Of a stretch of 64,000 nucleotides of DNA, positions 52,989 through 64,000 are shown in pieces. The notes under the pieces were generated by a model. It was not told where the DNA came from. It searched no databases and worked only from the letters and a program-made list of their open reading frames with translations. The translations under genes were made by a program, and so were the position numbers. How positions within the stretch are numbered: position 1 is the first letter of the stretch; every line of letters starts with the position of its first letter. The DNA lies in contig CM060731.1 of assembly GCA_030704615.1 (NCBI GenBank), positions 21,204,001 through 21,268,000 on the forward strand. The letters are read 5' to 3'. This DNA comes from Takakia lepidozioides (lineage: Eukaryota; Plantae; Bryophyta).

Positions 52989-55900
52989 CTACTCTCCTAC
53001 ACCTTCCGAGGAACTTGGCCCTCCTTCTTCCTTATCCCCCTCATCCCCCCCATCCTCCGAGCTCTGTGATGCATCGGTTGCAGTATGCCTCTCAAAAATG
53101 TCGTCCTCTCCTTGGGGGACTATCCACCTCACCTCCTGGGAATCTTCTGCCTCTTCTCCCCCACTTTCCTCAGCAAAATCCAAGACAAATCTACGAGCCC
53201 GATGGGCTCTAATAGCTGCTGCCTCCTCCCTCATCTTCATTTTCTTGAGGCTTGCCTCGTCTAAAATCTGCTGTACACGACTAGGTTTGGAACACCTCCT
53301 AATGGACACCAAAGCAAGTTGGGCAGCATAAGTAGGAAGGATGTAGTCCCTTTCTGGACTAGGCATGAAATCCCCCCTGGCAAAAAAAGGCACGTTCCTC
53401 CTGCCTATGAACTCCAGTGTAGACGTCCCTCCTGCCGTACTTGGCATCCTACAGTAAGAACAAATCCACTTCAAGAATGTCAATACCAGCAGAAGCAGAA
53501 AGGGTTTTCAATGAAATAAGAGGGCGAAGGGAGGTGCCTCACGAAATCTGGAGGCAACTTACAATGCGACCACTCACTCGTACACCGGGGGCTCCTCGGC
53601 CTCGATCCCAACTTGTTCCTCCCCCTGCTCCTTCTCGGATTTTTCCTCATCCTCCAAGGATGCCTCTTCCTCTTTCGGCAGACGTTCAACCGCTGCAAGT
53701 TCCGAGTTGTGGAGGGCAGTATCTGGCTCGAAGGCGAACACATACCGGTCGGACAACGTCCCTGCCCACATTGACGCACCTGAGGAACAAAGCGGGCGGT
53801 TAATAGCTTGCGGCATGCAATTGCAATCGGGCCAGGGGACAAACTGAGCACGTGAAGGCTTACCCGTGCCGCATGTGAGGTCCAGAATCCGCCCTTGGAC
53901 ATCCGAGCACGTCTCCTCATATTGTGGTGTATCTAAACAAGATCCCGGAGTTGATCCCTCTTTTGTTGGATGTGCAGACATTGGTGTTTGAGGCATATTG
54001 CTTTGTGAAGAGAGGGTCTACGTTCAAATTCCGCAACGACGGTCGTCTTGTTGATGCCGCTGTGGACCCTATTACCTACAATGTCCTCTACAACTATGTG
54101 CCCCACTCCAGTATGCCGAAGGACACAAAGACAGGCAAACCGTGGCGGTACAGCCGGACCCGGAGCCCTGCTTTCATCCAAACCCTCATGGCTGCCCACA
54201 ATAGATTGATAACTTACACTTTGGCCCTCTGTTTGCAACCCCTGTGTATTGATGCAGAACCATTTTCTGAGGAGGACCGGGGTGACATTTTTTGGTGTCC
54301 ACCTTGCCACCGCATTCTCTGTGGTCTTCCCTCTTGTGGCAAGGACAACCACACATCCACCGTCATCCAGAACATCCCCGCCAGCCCAAACCCGGCTTTC
54401 CAGTAGTCCTTAGTAAACCTGTTCCAGGTGGGCACACCATCCAGGCCCTCCAGCAGCTCCCCATCTAGAATGTCAAGGAGAATCATGTCGCAAGCTCTCT
54501 CCACCTCAACCCCCCCCCCCCGAGTGCTCTTGCAATCCGTGCTCACAGCCGTGAAGAATTCCATCATGGCTTCAAAACCAGGGGTGTCTTTAGGCTCTGT
54601 AGCCCTCTTCTTGGCATTCCCCTTCTGCTCCGCCAGAGACTTGCTGTGTGCCACCTTCTTCGCCCTGGCAGCCAGAGCGTCAAGGAAGCTCTCATTGACG
54701 CATTGGATGATGGTTGGAGGTTCTAGCTTTGGCCTGTGCGTAAATGTCACCTCCGAATACCGCCGTGTAGGCTCGCCCTCAAATGCCAACTTCTTGGCAG
54801 AGCCAGTCCCACTCCGAACTGACTTGGGAACCCGGACGACCGGTGACTGGGTAGAAGCAACAGCAGTCGCAGGACCTTGAACAAAGTCGCCGTCCGAGTC
54901 ACTCTCTTGGGTCCCCTCCTGCGCCTCCTCCGATGCCCCGATGGTTTTCTGTTTTTTGGGTGTTACTGCACTCACCTGTTTCCTTGTCCTTTTCCTTTGG
55001 CCTTTACTCTTCTCATTCAATTTCTCCTGAATTCCTGCCTGAGCAAGCTCTGCCGCTTTCCTGGAGTTCGCAAGCGCTTTTGCCTCTTTTGCACCCAGCG
55101 GAGGCAGTGGAGTCCGGTTTCGTCGGGCCTCAACATCCAGCTTCAATTGAAACTCGGATGGGTCGAGCGAGCCGGGCGGAAGGTCCACATACCAAGGGCA
55201 ATCACGCAAATGTTCCAGATGCCACTCCTTCACAATATCGTCAGTGTACATGGAGTCAGCCCCAGGGTTCCTCCATGCCAGGAAGAATGGTGGCTCGAAA
55301 GACAGATGACATTTCTCCAAAAGGGAGAACTTGCAGTACCTGCATTCATGAAAAACACAATGAGGTCCCTGAACTGCAAATTCGGCACCATTTTCCCAGG
55401 TTGGGGCGGATCTGAGTGGGCCTAGAAATGGAAAAATGGCGCCGAATTTCGGTTTTCGGTGACTGCCACCCTAGGGACTTAGCCATCTTGGGAGCCCTGA
55501 ACTGAAAATTCGGCGCCATTTTTCCCGGTTTGGCCCGAAGATGGCTAAGTCCCAGAACGGCAATAGGGCCCAGAACTGGAAAAAATGGCGCCGAATTTCC
55601 AGTTCAGGGCCAGCCACCCTAGGGACTTAGCCATTTTCGGAGCCCTGACTGGAAATTCGGCGCCATTTTCCCAGGTCCGGCCCGAAAATGGCTAAGTCCC
55701 ACAAGGGCAATAGGGCCCAGAACTGGAAAAATGGCGCCGAATTTCCAGTTCAGGGCCAGCCACCCTAGGGACTTATCCATTTTCAGAGCCCTGACTGGAA
55801 ATTCGGCGCCATTTTCCCAGGTCCGGCCCGAAAATGGCTAAGTCCCAGAACGGCAATAGGGCCCAGAACTGGAAAAATGGCGCCGAATTTCCAGTTCAGG

Positions 55901-58778
55901 ACCAGCCACCCTAGGGACTTAGCCATTTTCGGAGCCCTGACTGGAAATTCGACGCCATTTTCACAGGTCCGGCCCGAAAATGGCTAAGTCCCATATGGCC
56001 TTGACCTGGAAAAATGGCGCCGAATTTCCAGTTCAGGGCCAGCCACCCTAGGGACTTAGCCATTTTCGGAGCCCTGACTGGAAATTCGGCGCCATTTTCA
56101 CAGGTCCGGCCCGAAAATGGCTAAGTCCCATATGGCCTTGACCTGGAAAAATGGCGCCGAATTTCCAGTTCAGGGCCAGCCACCCTAGGGACTTAGCCAT
56201 TTTCGGAGCCCTGATCTGGAAATTCGGCGAAAAATGCAAGGACTGAAACGAAGGCATCGCGTATGTACCTGTACAGAAGGCGCATTGCTGCTTTGTCCGC
56301 GTTCGGCTGGTCGGTGAACTCGTGGCTCCGGCGGGCATGTGGTATCTCCCGAAAGAATAGGTCGGTTTTGTAGAGCAGAAAGTACCTCGTCACATAGTCA
56401 CGTAGGCTCTCTGCTGCAGGAGAAATCTCCATCTTGAACGGATGTGCTTGTGTGTCCAGCTGCTCTTGCGCATTCGTCGTCACCTGTGGAGATTCTCCAT
56501 CAGATCGCATTGCTGAAAAAATACAATGAATCCACCCCCTACAAGAGTAGAAGCGCCAAACGAATCGTGGGGAAGTACCTGAAACCACCATGTTATGCAG
56601 TTCATCCACATGTTGAATGTGGGGTCAGACAATTTGTCCGGTTTGGGGAAGCTCCACATGTCCCTTGTACTTTGGGAACCATTCCAGATTTGGAGCCACC
56701 GGGTCTGTCCAACCACCCAACATATTCGTAAGCGCCAAACACCACAAAAACGAGTTGTTGCCACCACAATTTGCACCAAGGGCGGGATCAGCTATGGCCA
56801 CGTACTTTACCATCTGCGACTTGTACTTTATGCGGGCCCTCACCTCCGCAGCTTTGAGATACGATTCAAGTATCGGGAGGGTTAGATTCTTCTCCTCTGA
56901 CTCCATGTAGAACCTCCGCGCATGTGCCAAATCCTGCTGAATTTTCGTCTGTCAAGAATGCGCACATAAGATTAGAGATCCTGCTCAACACTTTTTCTTC
57001 TATTGGGGGAGGAGAGACAGATTAGCTCAACAAAACAGTTAGGAGCTTTACTCGAAATATGTAGTCCACCATGGCGTCCATGCTCAGCCTATACCAGGTT
57101 CTGTCTGCCTTTGCCTCCGACTTGCGCAGGAGGTTGGCACTGAGCGAATTGGCAAACTCTTGCACCCCCTGCTTCCCGACATCCTTCACTTGGAAGAGCA
57201 TATGGGACAAGTTGGTGGCAATGAAGGCATTCTCAGTCACCCTGCAATGCCACATTTCCATCAAACAATTCTGAAATGGGAATTTACAACAAATATGAGG
57301 ATTCGCAATGAAATGACTTACAATCGGATGGGTCCAAAAGCAAGAGGCGTTGTAACTTACCAGTTGATGTCCGCCATTGCAGCTTTGAGAAGACTGCGAT
57401 CTTTGGGCCCCGCAACCTTCAGCACAACACACTCCACGACGAAATGCCAATCGAGGTCGTTGGGGTGGGCTTCGGCTATGTGCTCCATCCATGCCAGGAG
57501 GCGATGATTGCCGTCCCACACGTAAAACATCTTACCAGACAAATGCTGGAAAAGAGGATCAGTAGCAATCGTTCTCTCGAACTCCTCATTTTGCCTTTGC
57601 CAATGGGGACCCCATTTGTCCACCTCATCGGAAGTGTGGGCACGGGTCGCTCCGTGGTCGTTCTCAATGGAAACGTAAAACGCGGCAGACCCCATTCGAT
57701 ATCCATCCCGGAAAGAGAATTTCAGCTTGTCGATATCGCCTGGGAGGGCAGGTCTCACCACCTGCAATGACACCAAGCGGCAAAGGGGAATCCGAAGCTT
57801 GGCCGGGTACACCATGCCCCCCAGCACCCTGCCAATGTTGCTGTGGGTTGCCTCCAACATCTTGGCAGCGACCAACTTCATATCCGCCTCCGGCATGACG
57901 TCTGCTGCAGAGGGGTTCTCCGGCAGCCCACCAGGACCGCCAAATCCAGCCTGTATGCTGTGGGTTTGGAGCCTGGGGATGTTCGGGAGGATGTCATCCT
58001 GGTCAGAAAGCTCCCTGTCGTCCTCCTCAACATGGTCAGCCACTGGCGAAACCACCTCGAGCACTCTCCCCGTCTCTACTGCCCTCTCCCCGGCTTCACC
58101 TCGAACTTGCACAATCCGTGCTCTTTCTGGTGTTCTTTCCTCTCCTCCACTCTCCACCGTATGGGTAATTGCAGGGGCTGCTCTTGCCCGCGATGGTCTA
58201 ACCAGTGTGTTACTGCCTCTTTGTGGTGTCTTGGAGGGATCCACCGTCTCTGTGCGTCCCTTGCTTACATTGGCATCTATCATTTGGGCACCCCTAGCCT
58301 CTTCAGTGGCCTTTTCTCTTTCCTCCTGGCTAGCCTTCTGTCTCGCCTGTTCTTTTGCCCTCTCTTTTGCCCCCTCACGGGCTTTCTGTTTCTTATTAGG
58401 GCTAGCAGCAAGGGAGCCCGGATGGATGACCACCTTTGATTGAGGCGAACTGACACCCTCGTGCGCACTGCTCACTCCCCCCTCCGCAGCCCGTGACGGC
58501 TCTCTCGCCGGGGATTGCATGTGCTTAGCTTTCTTCTTCTTCTTTGCATGGGCGGGCCCTACTGCATGTGCATCAACAACCTCCATTGTTGGATCTGCTA
58601 TCCTCACGTCCTCACGCCCTTCACCTGCCATGCCGCCTGCACCAACCTCCCCAATGCCTATTCTGTCATACTCTCGCTGCAGGTCCTCCCGTCCACCAAC
58701 AAAAGGTTGAAGTTTGCCCTCTCGCCCCAAGTTGGGCGATTCAAACATGCAATGAGTTGGAGTGGTCGATGATACCAC
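52989..58778 (-). pseudogene. Multi-exon cargo gene: ParB/Srx-like N-terminal domain plus C-terminal beta-class N6A/N4C methyltransferase-like domain (disrupted; 5' exon may extend to ATG 59387)
   Basis: KLRIPLCRL..VVRP..DIDKL..FYVWDGNHRLLAW. GT-AG introns at 57360-57242, 57051-56949, 56268-55340 and 53864-~53781. MTase-like motifs DMILLDILDG, LDDGGCVVVL, KPWR..RSPAFIQTLM, GRILDLTCGTGASMWAGTLSDRYVFAFEPD. Confidence 0.7.
55375..56232. repeat. Intronic tandem array, six units of ~137-148 bp, each containing inverted pairs of GAAATTCGGCGCCATTTT and GGGACTTAGCCATTTT
   Basis: GCCACCCTAGGG recurs at ~55465, 55613, 55759, 55905, 56042 and 56179. Confidence 0.95.
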
Positions 58779-59689
58779 CAGCGTGCCGGGCTCGTCGTCA
58801 CTCTGTCATTCCCAAAATCGTCAGAACCAACATCGGTGCCAAAACCAGCATCGCAACGAGCAGCGCAACCACCATAGCAACAATCGTGGAACAACAATGA
58901 AAACAAAACAAGTTTAGGAAGTATGGAGTGCCATGGAACAACAATGAAAACAAATCCAACCAATGCCTAAGAATGACATGCACAAGCAGCCTTCTCCAGA
59001 GCTGCCGGCTTTGCACACGCATTGCAAACTATCTAAGGTTCACTCAACCGGTAATATGAAACACGATGAACAAATGATCAGGAATTCCATAAGACGGGAA
59101 AACAGGGTGAAATGTTTTGAAGGCACTTCATCTTCTCAGCTCAGCATGGATTTCCTTAATTTTTAACCACTCAGACCTTGATCATTCTTCGCAACATCTG
59201 CTGCTTTTGCGATGCAGCCATATGCTTCCAGCGATGCCAGGATGAAGATGCAAAAACAAAGCGAAACAACAAAGCGAAAGCGAACAAAGCGAAAGCAGAA
59301 GTGGCTTGCCTGAGAGTACTCGGCTTCAGTTGGCGCGGGTTGTGAGCAAGAGACTGGAATCTCCTGCTGGAGCTTGAGTTTGGCCATGCGAGATTGGCCG
59401 TCGTCCGTAGTACAAAGCTTTCAACTTCCGCCGCGGTCTGGATGTGAGGTCTCTCTCAGGAGAGCCATGCCCTTCAGGCGGCATAAGTCCCAGCCAAAAT
59501 GGAAAAAGATCTCAGTTTTTTGGGGTACATGCCTCGAATAGAAGTTAATCCAAGATTAGCATCATTTAGGGTACGTATCGAGGAAGCCATGTGTCGCCAG
59601 CCCGAATAAAAACGGACGGCGGTGGACATTTAATGCCCAACTACGCAATTAAATGTCGGATGAAGCCCTCCCTGTTGGATGAAATATGA

Positions 59690-60700
59690 CGCAACTCGGC
59701 CCGGAATTTCCAACGTAGAGGTAATTCAGAGCGCAGCAGAATAAAATTCCGGAGCCGGATTTCCATCCGCCAGGTACGGCGGCGCGCAAAAATTCCATCA
59801 TGCAGGTAAATCGGAGCGCAGCAGGATGGAAATTCAGCGCCGAATTTCCATCCTGCCAGGTAGGGCGGCGCGCGAAATTTCCGTCATGCAGGTAATTCGG
59901 AGCCGGATGGATGGAAATCCGGCGCCAGATTTCCATCCTGCCAGGTAGGGCGGCGCGCGAAATTTTCGTCACGCAGGTAATTCGGAACCGGATTTCCATC
60001 CTGCCAGGTAGGGCGGTGCGCGAAATTTCCGCCACGCAGGTAATTCAGAGCCAGATGGATGGAAATCCGGCGCCGGATTTCCATCCTGCCAGGTAGGGCG
60101 GCACGCGAAATTTCCGCCACGCAGGTAATTCGGAGACGGATGGATGGAAATCCGGCGCCGGATTTCCATCCGCCAGGTTGGTCGGAGAGCGGATGGATGG
60201 AAATTCAGTGCCGGATTTCCATCCTGCCAGGTAGGGCGGCGCGCGAATTTTCCGTCACGCAGCTAATTCGGAGCCGGATGGATGGAAATCCGACGCCGGA
60301 TTTCCATCCTGCCAGGTAGGGTGGCGCGCGAAATTTCCGCAAGGCAGGTAATTCGGAGACGGATGGATGGAAATCCGGCGCTGGATTTCCATCCGCCAGG
60401 TTGGTCGGAGAGCGGATGGATGGAAATTCGGCGCCAGATTTCCATCCTGCCAGGTAGGGCGGCGCACGAAATTTCCGCCACGCAGGTAATTCGGAGCGGA
60501 TGGATGGAAATCCGGCAGGTAGGGCGGCGCGCAAAATTTCCGTCATGCAGGTAATTTGGAGCGGATCAGGATGGAAATTCGGCGCCGAATTTCCATCCTG
60601 CAAGTAATTTGAAGCCCGGATGGATGGAAATTTGGCGCCGAATTTCCATTCGCCAGGTAAGTCGAAGCGCCGAATTACCTTCCTGCAGGTAATTCTGAGC
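59690..60700. repeat. Array of palindromes GGATGGAAAT(T/C)CGGCGCCG(A/G)ATTTCCATCC with CCAGGTAGGGCGGCGCGCGAAATTT spacers
   Basis: Perfect 34-bp palindrome at 60567-60600 and roughly a dozen variants. Confidence 0.95.
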
Positions 60701-60789
60701 GTGGCGCTTCGTTTTTCGGAGAAAAACAAACTAAACTGTTAGTTTTGTGGCTGAAGTCCACTTTTAGACACGTTTTTCATGGAATCCTT

Positions 60790-61900
60790 GACTGCTAGAG
60801 GGAAATTCGAACGGCCTCGGACGGAAAATCGGCGCCGTTTTTCCATCTTGGGAGGTTTTTATATCGTCCAGTTTTGGGCCTCACCACTCGACCGGACTTC
60901 CTTTGAGGGGGCCCGGATGGAAATTCGACGGCGAATTTCCATCCGGGGGATGGTCTCTGCCGAACAGGTGCCGGTCTCTCCGCCCGAGGCAACTTCGTCC
61001 GGGCGTCCTCTGTTGGATATTCGGTGCCGAATTTCCGTCCAGGGGTTGAAATGTGACAGCCAGGTGCCGGCCTCTCCCCCCTCCCCGACTGCATCCGAAC
61101 CGCCCCGCACGGAAATTCGGCGCCGTTATTCTATCCTGAGAGGTTTTTATATCGTCCAGTTTTGGGCCTCACCACCCGACCGGACTTCCTTTGAGGGTCC
61201 CAGATGGAAATTCGGCGCCGAATTTCCATCCGGGGGATGGTCTCTGTCGGACAGGTGCCGTCCTCTCCACCCGAGGCGACTTCGTCCGGGCGTCCCCTGT
61301 TGGATATTCGGTGCCGAATTTCCGTCCGGGGGTTGAAATGTGACGGCCTCTCCCCCCTCCCCGACTGCATCCGAACGGCCCCGGATGGACATTCGGCGCC
61401 GTTTTCCCATCTGGGGAGGTTTTTATGTCAGCCAGTTTTCGGCCTGCCCCCTCGACACGACTTCATTTGCGGGGGCCCGGATGGAAATTCGGCCCCGAAT
61501 CTCCATCCAAGGGATGCTCTCTGTGGAACACGCGTCGGCCTCTACGCCCGAGGCGACTTCATCCGGGCTTCCCCTGTTGGATATTCGGTGCCGAATTTCC
61601 GTCCGGGGTTGTAATGTGAGGGCCAGGTGGCGGCCTTTCCCCCGAGCCGACTACATCCGAACGGCCTCGGATGGAAATTCGGCGCTGTTTTTCCATCCGG
61701 GGAGGTTTTTATGTCGGCCAGTTTTCGGCCTGACCCCCCGACACGACTTCCTTTGGGGGGATCCGAATTGAAATTCGGCGCTGAATTTCCATCCGGGGGT
61801 TGTTCTCTGTCGGACAGGTTCCGGCCTCTCTGCCCGAGGCGACTTCATACGTGCGGCAACTGCTGGATATTCGGTGCCGAATTTTCATCCGGGGGTAGTA
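60790..61900. repeat. ~285-bp tandem units (about four), each with three copies of the ATTCGG(C/T)GCCG motif
   Basis: GAGGTTTTTAT recurs at ~60852, 61140, 61416 and 61702. Confidence 0.9.
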
Positions 61901-62192
61901 ATGTGACGGCACGGTGCCGGCTTCTCCCCTTCAGCCGACATCATCCGGACGGCCCCCCACTTTCTGATTGCATACCGTTGGCAGTTATTGCGCAAAGACC
62001 AGGGGCCGCATTCCTGAGACAAGGTTCATTAACACTTTGACTGTGGATTTTTGAGATAGTTGGCTCCCTGGATTTGGATCAGGCTTCGTCGCTCGGACAA
62101 ATCGGCACCGCATTCCTTCCCATCGCTGCATCCCCCTTCTACCAGGGAGCTTGCCCGCACGCCATCCTGGGAGTCTTTTGTGCACATCTCCC

Positions 62193-64000
62193 ATGGCGGA
62201 AAACCCGAGCGCTACAGTGTACTGCCCTCCTCATGAGCATAGAGCTTCATTTCCGTGCAGAGGGGACATATGCCGGGTGATGGAGAAATATCTGTGCGTT
62301 CGATACCACCTGAAACCGGGGTCGGTTTTTTTGGAGGAGGAAAGGAAGGACTCAAACGGCGTTGTTGTCGAGAGTATTGTTGTGTTCCACGATGATTTCG
62401 GCGATGGCAGCGAATGGCGAGTTCCACCATCGGACAGCGTCATATACAGGGCTGTTGGGGACTTCATTTGCCCGCCAAATGCACCTTCTATCCTGGCGCC
62501 TTCCACAAAACAATCCGCGAATCAGAGAGTGGCTACCTCAAAGAGAAAAGTCCGCAACGAAGTAAATCCAGATCCGAACCCATCCATGAAGACGAGGTCA
62601 CAGGAACGAGACCGATTGGACAGGCACAGCTCATCAACCATTTTGAGCTCAGGAGAAGGTTCCGAACTCCACATTTAAGTGTGCGCATTGCAAAGAACCA
62701 CCACACTGCATGTCTGTTTGTAATGCCAAGCAGTTCTATGTGTTGCACCGTTTCCCTGACCTCACCCGAGCTTGCATACACGTTGGTTCCCATTGTCATA
62801 AATTGGCGAGGGGGAACTCGCGGGAGGCTGCCCACGAGGCAGAGTAGTTCGTTCAGGAGGAGGTTAAGTTGAGACCGGGTGCCAAACCCAAACAGATACA
62901 GCTCCAAGCCGCCCATAAGATGGCATTGGTCAGAATTATGTCGGAAGACGGCTCCGATAGAGTTCCTCTCGATGAGAAGGAAATGGAGGCATTGCTGGAG
63001 TCGGTGTCCCACGTATGTTCACCGAATGTCCGAAACCACATTGTCTCATGCAAACAGAAAATAGGGCGTGGCTCGGATATGCACTCCATTCTGGAGGTGA
63101 AGCGACGATGTGGATATGACTACATTCATGGAAGTAGGTTTCCAGGACAAGAGACTGAGGCAGATCGTTGTTTCGTATTCAAAATGTCCACGTGTGGACC
63201 TGGCAGCGGCGTCGAACTGGTCGACAGGATGACGAGTGGGGACTTATCAAACAGTTGGGTCATGTTCGACCATATCAAGCGAATTACAAATCACCAGTGG
63301 GTGACAATGGGTGCACATGTCTACGACACCACTGCAGGATGCTAATGACAATTGCTATTTGTGAGATGAAAGGAGAGGACACACAATCGGAGATGCTTCT
63401 TTGGCAGGGAATAAACGAACAGATGGCCAAGGTGGGATTGCCCCCTCCCAATTTCCGTGGTTTCATGGCGGACAATGCACAAGCAAATTGGGCTGCCATC
63501 CAAAGGGTGTACGGGCAAGACCCCAATGTTCCCATGGAAGGCAAGGAGAGATCTTGTGGGTTCCATTTTCTGGAGAGCCTTTCGCAGTACACAACCAGGC
63601 TCGTGGCGCCAGATTTCAGAGAGGAGCACCGTTCCATGTGTCTTTCGTGGAAGCGCGCTCCCACCTTGGATGATGCAAAGACACAGTTTGTATGTATACG
63701 GGCTTGGTGGACATCGTCAGGTGCTGTAAGGAAATCAGACGAGGGAGCAATGGTCAGTTGGCTAGCATGGTGGCATTATCGTTTCCTCCAGTTCGGCGAC
63801 TATATGCGGGAGGTGAGTTGCACGAATTCGCGTCCCGTTGAATATTATTCTTGGCATTATTTGTAACTTGCTTGTAACCTCAACATGTGCTTGTGCAGGA
63901 AATGTGTCTCGACTCCGACACCGACATGCCCACGACAAATATGGCCGAATCAGTGCATTCTTCCTGGCGTGCCTCCTCTGCGGCGCATCTGGTAGACATC
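62193..64000 (+). pseudogene. MULE-type DDE transposase, frameshifted, 3'-partial; intron ~63813-63898
   Basis: VMFDHIKR (first D), FRGFMADNAQANWAAIQRVYG (second D), SCGFHF (CxxH), TTNMAESVH (E). Confidence 0.8.

Larger units (their letters stand above)
52800..64000 (+). mobile_element. Large Mutator-like (MULE) DNA transposon (>11 kb, runs off window) with a cargo gene and palindromic arrays
   Basis: Terminus shared with 38292-38330, DDE transposase from 62193, shared repeat motif. Confidence 0.8.

Noticed and set aside
55375-61900. CRISPR-like appearance of regularly spaced palindromic repeats
   Set aside because: The spacers are themselves repeated rather than unique, no cas genes are present, and the context is a eukaryotic transposon.
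59649-62040. Many overlapping ORFs (MEIRRRISI...) on both strands
   Set aside because: By-products of GC-rich palindromic tandem repeats; no domain content.

Overview
Eukaryotic nuclear DNA, most likely from a non-seed land plant (bryophyte, lycophyte or fern; inferred from spliced plant genes, PLS-type PPR fragments and Tcn1/Galadriel-like chromoviruses). Bases 1-34 kb are gene-bearing: a PLIP-type class-3 lipase, a 6-exon annexin, three F-box genes (one frameshifted), orphan AKT1-like and PPR fragments, and a decayed piggyBac-like transposon interrupted by a Tcn1-like LTR element whose two ends are inverted LTR 5' termini sharing a 5-bp TSD. Bases 34-64 kb are a nested transposon cluster: a Galadriel-like chromovirus with its LTR remnants, a Gypsy 3' end with a long extra ORF, and a gag-protease segment with an embedded C5 cytosine methyltransferase. 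The cluster also holds two pieces of a large Mutator-like (MULE) family. The most notable object is the MULE at 52.8-64 kb. Divergent from its DDE transposase it carries a spliced gene with an N-terminal ParB/Srx-like domain (DGNHR) and a C-terminal beta-class amino-(N6A/N4C)-methyltransferase-like domain, one exon of which is physically inverted. The element is also packed with arrays of the palindromic motif GAAATTCGGCGCCGAATTTC, suggesting a parB/parS-like or VANC-like self-recognition system. All assignments are by-eye motif recognition; no database searches were run.
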